Shown here one piece after another: positions 22,301 through 32,408 of a stretch of 64,000 nt of DNA (positions are counted from its first letter, which is position 1; each line of letters opens with the position of its first letter). The notes below the pieces were generated by a model. It ran no database searches and was not told the DNA's origin. It saw nothing but the letters and a program-made list of their open reading frames with translations. The position numbers and the translations under genes are program-made. The stretch covers positions 6,634,001 through 6,698,000 of the forward strand of contig OZ281497.1 in assembly GCA_965637545.1 (NCBI GenBank). Reading direction: 5' to 3'. The stretch comes from Phallusia mammillata. Its lineage: Eukaryota.

Positions 22301-25300
22301 TGCAAGCCAAGTGGTTGCGTACTGGTACACAAAGCGATTTCCGTAGGTCTGCCAAGAGACCCAGGTTCTACAATCTTACTTGTGTTGCAAAAGAACAATT
22401 GTTTGTGCATAATCGAATGTCTTAAACTCGTCTGTGATGTCACAAGCTGCTCTTAGATTAATATTGGTAAACAAGCGAGTTTCTACATTAATAAAATCCT
22501 GAATGTTGTAGTGAGGGTGGAAATGTAGTGAGAAATTTTATTTAGCTTGGACCGTAAGTTTAATAGCACATCGACCAGATTGTAAGTCAACAAATTTGAA
22601 CATCACTGTCCTTGGCCTGGCAAATAGTCTGTGCGGCCTAAACGAGTGTTGATAAACCGTTTGGCGGCCTTCACAAACAAAAAGGTTCCCCACCCCTGGT
22701 TTAGGTGGTATGCCGCTATACAGAAAGTTGAGAACCATTGAATTATCCCATCACTGGGTAAACAATTTAACTTCTATTTATCAGGTGTACACACTGTGGC
22801 AAAAACTTCATGAAAGCTAGTCTTTTGGCTTCACACATCAGAAATGTCCATGGAACTGTTGGAACAAACACTCTAGTGAACAGTAACACCAATATAACCA
22901 CTGTTAATAACACTAATGCCACCACAACTACCAACAATCAAGTTGACATGGCCAACGGCAATACAGAGAAGCCCCTACAATGCAAAGACTGTGAAAAGAC
23001 ATTCAAAAACACTGGATACCTAAAACAACACCTTATGTCTGTTCATGTAAGTGGTAGTGGTAATAGTGATTTTGATGCAATATATATTTTTATAAGTAAT
23101 ATTATTTCAATTTTTATATTCTATTCTCATTTTTTTGAGTGAAAATTTGAATGGGGTATTGTTACATTTTCGTTTGTTCAACTTGGAAATAGGCTTCTTA
23201 AGATGATACTTCATTTACAGAACAAGCCTCACAAATGTGAGGAATGTGGAAAAGGTTTTGGCCGACGGAGTGATTTGAATCGACATATGCGAGGAGTGCA
23301 CATGCGCGAACGACCACATCACTGTAGTAAATGTGGATGGACATTTGCTGAAGCTGGAAACCTTAAACACCACATGCAGGTTGGTCGAAGTTGATTATCT
23401 TATCATCTTCCAACCATTTTCATTAACAGTGGTTAGAAATTAATTAGGCTTCATAGACATTTTTTGTCAGTGGTTCTATCACAAAAGTAGTATTTTTCAG
23501 CCAGTTCTGTTACAAAAAGTTCATTGACAGAAACCAGTAATGCTAACTGCTTCGCTGATGTCATAAAATTTTTTAATACGGTTCTATAGAACTATCCAAA
23601 CCTGAATCCCACCACTGCCTATACCCCATCTAAACTAAAAAAGAAAAGTGTTAAGGTATATATAAAGTCCCATCTAAACTACCTTCTACAGTAGGATTTG
23701 CCTTCAAAGAATTTTTAGAATCATAAAATAATAAAATTAATGTAGTAAAGAGAGAAACCAGCCTGCAATTTTGTTATTTTTGTGTATTGTTTTGCATCAA
23801 CAAAAAATATTTTTAGGCCGTGCATTCAAAGGAGAAAAATTATCACTGCCAGATATGCTCAAAAAGCTTTTCAATTGTTTCCTACCTGAAAACCCACATG
23901 ATTAGAGTTCACAACATCAATGAAAATGTTAAAAACACAGGTAAATATTCACATATTATTGTATAGTTTGTTATGTGTACTTTTTAAGCCACTTTTGTGC
24001 TTGACCAAATGATATAACCAGGAACATCTAATAACGAGAGATAATCACAACACTTTGTAAACTAACATTGGGTGATGCAAAGATCGCAAACAAATGTTTT
24101 GCAAGCTTATGGTTAGGGCTATTTGTGTTGGAGTAAAGTTTTGTAATAAAGATAACTTTGAATTGGACTTAAAAACTTACAGCTCTAGCATCAAACCAAT
24201 GCCGGGTTTCAAATCTGCTGGTTACTGTGAAAAAAGTAAAAGTTAAACCATATTTTTTTAATTTTCGTTGTCTTTCCATTGATACAGTGTTGAAAACAAT
24301 ATCAGGAGCTAATCCACTGATACATCATATATGTATGTGTGAAGACAAAATGGTTATAGCATACATGACCCATTGACCCGATATCAATTTACTGTGTGGT
24401 TTAAGTGCCCAACAGAATTAAAGCATCTTTATCTTGTCCATCATTCAACTGCATTCTTTTTGTTAACAGCCACCACAATGGTAACCACGGATGCAATGGT
24501 GACCAATCAGCAAGTTTTTCCAGTGCAAGAAACCCAACAAACAGAAATTGCTACAATTCAGTTACCAACACCACAATCTCATATGAACAGATGTTATGAA
24601 TGTGGCCAGGTCTTTTCCAGTGTGGCCATGTTGCAGGTATTTATCTTGTGAGGTGTATGTGGTTTTTCCAAGTCTTTAGGCCAGTAATTGAGAGTAACAA
24701 CAATTTAATTAAAAAAGTGAATTGAATTCATATTTTGAGTAATGCTGACAGGGATTTTATGCAGATTTCACTTTTTAGCATTGACTGATCACTTGACTTT
24801 TCCATTACACTAATTCAACTATTTTTGCTTTACAGAACCATGTCATGTCAACTCACCCACAACCATTCTGGTGCACTGTTTGTGGAGAAGGTTTTTCACA
24901 AGCATTTCAACTCCAGGTAGGATGAGAGCATAGCTACCATGGGACTGACAAAGTTTTTAGGAGCTATTATTTTGTGCCCTTAAGTCAAGTTTACCGTATA
25001 AACAACTGTTGCATTGTGTGGAATTGGTTTGACTAATGTACTTGCTTATAACACAGTTGTTAGAAGGGGTAAGAATTCAGCAATCATCACCCCACTACTT
25101 TGTACAGGGCCTGGCATTGTTTTATGTTTATTGCTCAGATAAAATATGATGTATAATGCTTGAAAACGCTTTTTCTGTTTTGCGCTAACCCTTATAGCTT
25201 CTATCCAGGATGTTAAGAAAAATGTTAAACAACACAATTTAACAGATAGGTGTGTTTACAGTATCACTTGCAAGCTCGTCATTCGAACAACGCCTCCGCC

Positions 25301-28300
25301 CCGCCCCCATTACTCAACCAATCAAACAACCAGGAGGTTGCGAGGTCGACGCCGATGACTACTAACATGATTGACCAATCAGCGGACGAGATTTCCAATC
25401 TCGTGAACAATAATAACAAGTGCAGTGCATGTGGTGAATTCAAGTCCTCGGACAGAGATCATGTCTGCCCCAGCTTAAAGGCAAGTAAAGTAAGAAATTG
25501 TGCTTTTGAGGGGTTCGCGAGGTCAACCATTGATCAGCTAAGATGAACATTCATTATGGGTCCCCTTCCCTGACATATTGTTTTTGTCTATATTTTTTTT
25601 TCTTTTTTTCCGTCTAACGCGGATTTGTTCCCACGTTTTGGTCAAGAAAGAATGGTTCAAACTTTTTCAAATTTACACACATTATAGATATTGGTTTGAT
25701 CCCTCGGTTCACCCACAGCCCCCCAAAACGTGAAATTTTTAAAACGGCTATACTTGCTAAAGCAGATGATTCTAAAGTTTCATATTTTGTTGATTGGTAC
25801 ATTGCAGCGTATTTTAAAGTATTTTGTAACTTGAAGTGGTAAATATCCATTTTCACCCCTTTACCCCCAAGGATCAGCCCTGAAGCGACCACCGATCACG
25901 ACACACTGTACATAGTTCATAGTACGCCAGGTTCTGTTTGGACGCTTCAGGGCTGATCCCAGTTATGACTGGGTGTTCATCTCAGCTGATCAATAGCCGA
26001 CCGGGCGATCCCCTACTACGAAGCTGACATGTGCAGCATACCGAGGCAAGCAACGGTGCTTTCGACTTTTGGCGGGTTCACCGCTGAACCTGTGTAACTT
26101 AGTTGGTACAGCACGAGTCCAGGAAAGACTCCTGTCGTGGGTTCGAATCTCGCCGCAAGCTAGATTTTTCTATGCCTTGCCATATAGGAATGCTTGGTGA
26201 CCGGCTGATATTTAAGCCTTCAATGGGCCTGGCGTACTATGATTTGTAACATAGCCGCAACACATTTAGTGGTATTCGAGGCTCTTGTTTTTACCAACTA
26301 GAAATTATATTTTCCAGCAGGCTGCACTAACTGCTGCTGCGGCTATGGCAATGGCAGGGGAGCGCCCTCATCTCTGCACCAAGTGTGGAAAGGGCTTTAA
26401 GACGGCCACCCATCTCAAACAGCACGTCAGATGCGTCCACACCAACGATCGACCTCATAAGTGCTTTCAGTGCGGGAAAACCTTTGCCAGAATGAGCGAT
26501 CTAAACCGGTGTGTATTTAGACTGTTACTTCTGCTTTGTAATATACCAGGGGTCGGCAACCTTTCAGTCGACGCGTGTCAATTTACTTGTTATTTCGTTT
26601 TAATGACCTCGCGTGCCAACGTTTTTCTAAATAATAGTGGTTCGTGCCAGAAGATATCAATAATAAAGAGAAAGCAGAGTGTTTTGTGCACGTAAGGCTG
26701 AATTTCATAACAATGGCATGATAAAACAAGCAGAGCAACAGGTAAAATTGTTACTTCAATATAAACACGCAAATCGGTTGGCGTGCCATGAAACCCACCT
26801 CGCGTGCCAGGGGTAGCCGAACCCTGTAATATATTTTTCATGTATGCATCAAAAGGTTATGTGACAATCTTCAGTCAACCGTTCATATCTAAATTCTCTG
26901 AGAATAATTTTAAAACTGGACGTGGTAGGCTTAGCAAATTTAACCAAGTTTTGGAAAATAAAGTGCAAATAATCGTTTTTAAAGTCCACTACAGATAATT
27001 GCACGAAGCTCGCTTATGAACTAGCTTTGTCTCATCGTGCATGCACAATATCTCACTTATGACTCTCAAGTTTGTTCTAAAAAAATCAAAAACTTGTTTG
27101 CCATTTTATATCAACAACATAAACATGTGGTAACAATTACATCGTCGTTGCAGGCACGTTAAAGGAGTTCACCAGCGCCAGAAGGTTCCCTCAAAGTCGC
27201 TTCGCTTGCTCAGTTTGAAGTGCAGTGAATGCGGGAGCGGCTTCTCCGAGACTACCCAACTCAAACGTCACATTCTGACAGTTCATTTACATCAAAGACC
27301 GTGCTTTAAATGCGCAGACTGCCAGGCAGGGAATATTGCATTGTTTAACGCAGCGTTTCAAGAGATTAAATTTACACAGAGTTAATATCGATGACTTGAT
27401 TTAACTTAGTCCTATTTGAGGTTTTTCAAACTTATTTACCCCAGAGCACACTTAAAATTACATCATTGACAGTAAAATGGAAAATTAGTCATCAACTTTA
27501 AGGTTGATATCATATAAGTAACTTTTTCGTTATTTTTTGCGCGCCGTTTGAGAACCACTGGCCTAATGTGGTTTCTAGGCAATTGACGGCTTTATAAGGG
27601 TTGGTACCAAATTCTAGACCAGGACCAACCATTTTGCTGTACGTCCTATATTCCCTCTTACCCAGAAGCAAAGATTTTGACCCCTATTCCAGGCCTTAGC
27701 CAATATGAACATTATTTGGTATTCATTGACATACCAAGCAAAGTGTAAACTGTTTTTTTTTGCAGGAGGGTTTTGCTGATGAGATGGCATTTAAAAGCCA
27801 CATATGTCATGAGGAGGAGCGCCCTCACGTGTGCAGTGTGTGCTCTAAGAGATTTTCGGAGGCCACACAATTGAGAAGACATCTAAGATCGGCTCACACT
27901 AACCAAGGAGCCCAGCCACAGGTACAGTAGTCTAAATGGACTATGTTGTTTTCATATTGTAACGTTTTTTTTCCTTTTATAGCATCATTGTCATCAATGT
28001 GGACGCAGTTTTACTCGACCTGTGGATTTGGCTCGACATATACACGCTGTTCATTTAAAGGTAATATTCAAACTTAGTCTTGTGCCGTTATTTTCATCAT
28101 CAAACTTACTCAAATTTTTCATCATCAAACTTACTCAATAAACTTACTCAAAAATCTTAACGAAAATTAGCGTTATAATGTTATGGGGCGTTTAGGCTAA
28201 AAATAAACTGCAGACCTTCCTTTAATCAGCTGCAACAATTCATGGACACATGTAATAATGGAACAGTCGAAATTGGAAAAAAATGTTCGGCTGAATGTGT

Positions 28301-29419
28301 TCAAAATCCAAAACATGGTTTTACATAAAATTGCTTTGTATTTCTTTTGTCGAGTTCTTGTTTTCCCAAAAGAATAAGCGACACTATATGCTTTTTTCAA
28401 GAATTGTAACACTTCGTTTTTTTGTTGTTGCCTAGGAACGTCCACACAAATGCGACCTGTGCGGCAAGTCGTTCGGTCTCCATGGTAACCTGAATAAGCA
28501 CGTGCGTGCCGTACACATGCTTGAGAAACCTCATCAATGTGTGGAGTGTGGAAAATGCTTTGCCCATATTGGAGTGCTTAAACGCCATCTAAGGTAAAAC
28601 CCAACTCTTATTGATTATAGCTTATATGTTGGGAATGGCTAAGGCTGTTGCAATTAACTATAGAGCTAGCTGTTTGGCCCAGAATGCCCAGGCTGTTATG
28701 ACGTCACATATATTTACGTGACGTCACAACCGTATTAGAATAGTCGCAATTTATGCCAATATAAAATAGAATCTTTGTGGTTTGTAAAAGATTGTTTGTA
28801 ACAAGAAGTTGTGTGAGGTAAAGTTGTTTAATGGTTTTCAGTAATTCACATCGTAGATTTTGAACTTCTACTTACTGTATTGGGACATTTTGTAGGACAT
28901 CTTTAGTTTTATGAATGTGTATTTCTTTGATTGGCGCCTTGCCGCTGCCAATCCCATTTTTACCAACTTTAGATAGATAATCACAAGGCCCGGGCATATT
29001 TCTACACGTTTTGCTATTTGTATTGAAACAAAATATACTGTTAATCCTACAGGGACATTCACTTCTACGACAAGCGTCCTGGCAAGTTCAACAAGAGTTC
29101 ATCCCACGACTCATCACTCGACACGCCATCTAGCGACCAACAACAGCAGCAACAACAACACACGCAACAACAACAGCAAGACGACCAACAACCACAGCAC
29201 ATTAGTCACTTGTCGGTGCTGCAAGCCATCGAGGCGATACAACAAGAACAACAACAAATGCTACAGTCGACACACAACAATAACAGTAACAATCACCAAC
29301 AGCAGCAACAACATTCGGCTACTTCCAACATGCATACACAACATGTAGTTCCAGCTAGTCCACAGCTGATGTCCGAATCGGTCGGACCCGCCCCTGCAAC
29401 GCCCCAAACCGCTCGATGA
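19351..29419 (+). CDS. Multi-C2H2 zinc-finger protein, about 1031 aa, about 18 fingers, Gln-rich tracts, 18 coding exons
   Basis: Exons: 19351-19557, 20208-20409, 20789-20986, 21072-21128, 21397-21530, 21656-21813, 22785-23046, 23221-23379, 23817-23940, 24470-24636, 24836-24916, 25262-25489 (or 25480), 26321(or 26318)-26508, 27154-27325, 27766-27921, 27983-28060, 28436-28593, 29053-29419; phases compatible; fingers are completed across junctions (e.g. KC|TQC, LQ|DHMKAVH, CADCQ|EGF). No orthologue recognised. Confidence 0.9.
19589..19847. mobile_element. Non-autonomous hAT (Charlie/Buster-like), family 1
   Basis: Right end GGTTAAGAACCACTG, degenerate left end; TSD GTTTATAT/GTTTATGT (7/8); internal gcgtaccacctaaacc shared with 22001-22740 and 29963-30200. 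Confidence 0.7.
19890..20160. mobile_element. MITE with 29-bp terminal inverted repeats
   Basis: cttataagcaagtctgcagagtatggcag ... ctgccatcttctgcagactggcttataag (26/29 inverted match). Confidence 0.8.
22001..22740. mobile_element. hAT family-1 element carrying a nested younger hAT
   Basis: CAGTGGTTCT ... GTTGAGAACCATTG; TSD AATTAGCC/AATTATCC (7/8). Confidence 0.75.
22246..22698. mobile_element. Nested non-autonomous hAT
   Basis: TIR CAGGGGTGGGGAGCCT / AGGTTCCCCACCCCTG; perfect TSD GTTTAGGT. Confidence 0.9.
23427..23617. mobile_element. Decayed hAT-like MITE
   Basis: CAGTGGT...AATCCCACCACTG ends with subterminal ggttctatagaac; no TSD recoverable. Confidence 0.4.
25870..26250 (+). mobile_element. 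tRNA-containing repeat family, copy D (rearranged)
   Basis: Order: inverted tail piece, tail end, head, tRNA-like core (about 26088-26160, B-box gggttcgaatc, then TTTTT), proximal tail; internal 17-bp (ggatcagccctgaagcg) and 15-bp (tcatagtacgccagg) inverted repeats. Confidence 0.8.
26547..26826. mobile_element. Non-autonomous hAT
   Basis: CAGGGGTCGGCAACC / GGTAGCCGAACCCTG (13/15); TSD TAATATAC/TAATATAT. Confidence 0.8.
28090..28150. repeat. Short tandem duplication in zinc-finger gene intron
   Basis: ttttcatcatcaaacttactcaa twice, plus a partial third aaacttactcaa. Confidence 0.8.
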
Positions 29420-29442
29420 CGTCATCGATTCTAATTTCAAAG

Positions 29443-29687
29443 GTAAGGCAAAATGTCGCTTTATAATATAGGTTTGTTGCGGGGACAAAATGTCGTATAC
29501 TGATAAACCAAAATATTGCGTATTTTGTACGCTTTTTGTGGCGCCCCGTACAGAATAAAAAAAACATTTAAAACATAAAAACGTAAAAAAGCTTAAAATC
29601 GAACCATTAAAACATAAATTTTACAACAATAATTAAACAGAAACTGTTTTTCTAGGTTTATTTCTAACAACACTTCTATCTTTGCAG
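29443..29687 (+). other. Putative 3'-UTR intron of the zinc-finger gene
   Basis: Strong donor AAG|GTAAGG 23 nt after the TGA; acceptor cttctatctttgcAG at 29687. Confidence 0.55.
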
Positions 29688-29962
29688 TGACGTCATACGT
29701 TGATGCGATCTGCCTTATTCTTCAATGCCACGTTTGAGTTTCCGATGTCCGTTAAAGTTGTGAATTCCAAGATAATTATGAAATTTGACTAGCGTTGTTT
29801 TAATTTATTCGTCAAAATCGTTGTAAGACTTCAACAACGTGTAATGCTAGTATATTGACACAGCACTATAATATGTGTTAATAACTCCGCGTTTTTCCCA
29901 TATAAATGGATTTTGTCACCAATGTAATTGGCCTGTTTTGACTATGTTTTCCCCATTTAAGC

Positions 29963-30200
29963 CAGTGGTCCTCAACCCTGTACCAACCGCGAACCACCTA
30001 ATGACTTTTTTTTATCGCTGCATACCACCTAAACCTGTTGAAATGGGTAGACCAGGAGTTAGACATATTCTTTTTGACTAGGCTGGGATATTTTGAAACC
30101 AGCAAGGTTGGCACATTCAAAAAAATGTCCAAGACACAAATTTCGCCCAAAACACGGTTGATAGTACTAGTGGTTCGCGTACCCCTGTTGAGAACCACTG
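29963..30200. mobile_element. Non-autonomous hAT, family 1
   Basis: CAGTGGTCCTCAAC / GTTGAGAACCACTG; perfect TSD ATTTAAGC. Confidence 0.9.
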
Positions 30201-30693
30201 ATTTAAGCCCTTACAGCCCAAAATCGTTCCTTTCCAAAATATCCAATTATGTCGATCTCGAAAGCCGAGCAGTCCAAGGCTCTCTATGCCTTCATTAATC
30301 ACTGTGACGAACCCAGCCAGCTCAAACACGTCTTCAAGCTCCCTTACCTTAGCTACAGAAATCATCGTAGCAATGTGCCTACCCAAAAAAGGTGGTGCTT
30401 CTTAGTTTTTTCCAATCGTGCTTTTGTGCGCTTTAGTTTCGTAGTACTATCGTGCCTCTTCTTTCTATGTTTGTTTAAGCGGCTAAGTCGCAACGATGTG
30501 TCTCCTCGTGCAGTCCTTAATGTGTTCAATTGTGTGCCATGGTACTATGAATAAAAATCGTCAACGAGAAAAAAAATCGTCAAAGTCATGTGGAATTTTG
30601 CTGGTGTGGTACAATATTTTTCGGTAAAATTTGTTTGCCTTAATACTTCACTACTTTGCTTTTCGACAGGTTGGGCGTATGTTCGGTTTAAAC

Positions 30694-31807
30694 CAGGGGT
30701 GGGCAAACTTTTCAGCGCAAGGGCCGCATTCAAAAGTTCTTAATCTTATGGGGCCGCATTGTATTTCACCAACGGCCCCCCAATTGCTTGCTTGTTTTTT
30801 TTATAACTGGTGTAAAGAATTAGGTTTATATCATGTATATACCATTCAAAGTTGCTTAAAATGCTCATATTAATAATTTCTGACTTGGTGCATAAGTTTA
30901 ACTGAACGGAGATAACTGTTTATGACGTCATAATCGGTATTGTGACGATTGCGGTGCCTGTTTATTCGCATTGTTTGCAGACAATAAGCGGATAAAAAGC
31001 CTGGCGCATGTGGTTCTTAGGATGGTAATCTTTTTTTCAGTCTCACGAAATCTGTTTTTAGCAGTTTGAAAATCAAAATATTTGGCAAAATAGTTTTAGT
31101 TACGTCACGGCAGCCAGTACATGTATTTTAACATACATGGTCACGGCCGCACAAACTCGTCTCCGCGGCCGCATGTGGCTGTACGGCCGCAGGTTGTGTA
31201 CCCCTGATTTAGCTCAAAATATTAACATAGTATATTTTCAGCTATGTGCAAATACGTTTGTTGTTTCTTTGTTTGCACAAACATTGGTTGAAACGCTACA
31301 ATTAAATAAAAAAATAAAGCATTTGTTGTAAACATAGCATTTGTTGCAACATAGGCTGCACCACGTTTTTTTGTTAATAAATTCCTTGCGCCAACATTAA
31401 ACAAAGCGAGTCGCTTTTAGTATCCATCTTAAGTGTCGTGGTCTGTGTTAATGATTCTAAACCCGTGTTTAATGTCCGTTTGCAATGTACTGCAACGACC
31501 TAAACTTGATCCAAAGTGACCAAAGTTTTGGCGTCAACAGTACAAAGTATTTGTAAACGTGAATGGCTTTTACTTTTATCGAACGAAGAAATTGTTTCAA
31601 GTGAATATTTGCATGATAACGTTGCAGAAACAGCAGACCAATTCACGTAAACACCCCCGGTATTTTTCAAAACTACGCCTGTGGTTATAATACTACTCAG
31701 CGTTGCTCGGAAACTTTCTCTTCAAAAATTTCCCAACATTTGGCGGGCCGCATGAACTCCTTTGCCGGGCCGCATGTGGCCCGCGGGCCGTAGTTTGCCC
31801 ACCCCTG
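30694..31807. mobile_element. 1.1-kb non-autonomous hAT containing the right end of a second hAT (ends about 31206)
   Basis: Perfect 16-bp TIR CAGGGGTGGGCAAACT / AGTTTGCCCACCCCTG; perfect TSD GTTTAAAC; subterminal GGGCCGCA repeats; no intact transposase ORF seen. Confidence 0.92.
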
Positions 31808-31974
31808 GTTTAAACCAATCGAGTTTGGAGCAGGAAATTGTGCTAGAAGTTTAGAAGCCACCATCGAGACTTTCAGGTAGAAGAAAAGAACAGAGTGTTA
31901 AAATACGTGCTCCAATTAACAGTATTACTCACACACTACACAACACGACTACCGTAGTACTTAATCAGAGACAA

Positions 31975-32065
31975 AGCCCGACGTCTTTCACAGGATTCGA
32001 ACCCGAAATAGTTAAGTATTCCGAGCATAGTTTTTGTGGGAGGCTACGCTCTCGCCAGTTAAACG
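31975..32065 (-). mobile_element. tRNA-derived SINE-like fragment
   Basis: Minus-strand B-box GGTTCGAATCC with a degenerate upstream A-box; no full cloverleaf. Confidence 0.35.
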
Positions 32066-32312
32066 CAACTTATTAGCAAGATACAATAACAGTACATGTG
32101 CGCCATACGCTAGTAGGGATGGAAACCATTACAGATAACTCCGTTTAATTGCATAGGGATCATAAACCCCAACCGTACCGATCTGTCAGGAAATCGTCCG
32201 GTTATTTGCATGAAAAAGCTTCGCAAATTGGTTGTGCGATTAACCGAATTGGTTTGTGTAGCAAATCAACAAAAAGCAATTGAGAAACATATAACGTATA
32301 ACAAGCATATAA

Positions 32313-32318
32313 TTTATT
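32313..32318 (-). terminator. Putative polyadenylation signal of the CaaX gene
   Basis: AATAAA about 90 nt after the stop at 32409-32411. Confidence 0.5.
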
Positions 32319-32408
32319 GGTGCAAAAAACGTTACCTAAATTTCACTGACGTACGAAGCCAAAATAGAGAGAAAAAATAGCAAAACTCTTTGGGCATAAT
32401 AAAACTCT

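Noticed and set aside
31220-31700. Transposase remnant inside the 1.1-kb hAT
   Set aside because: No recognisable BED finger or hAT dimerisation motif in any frame I read.
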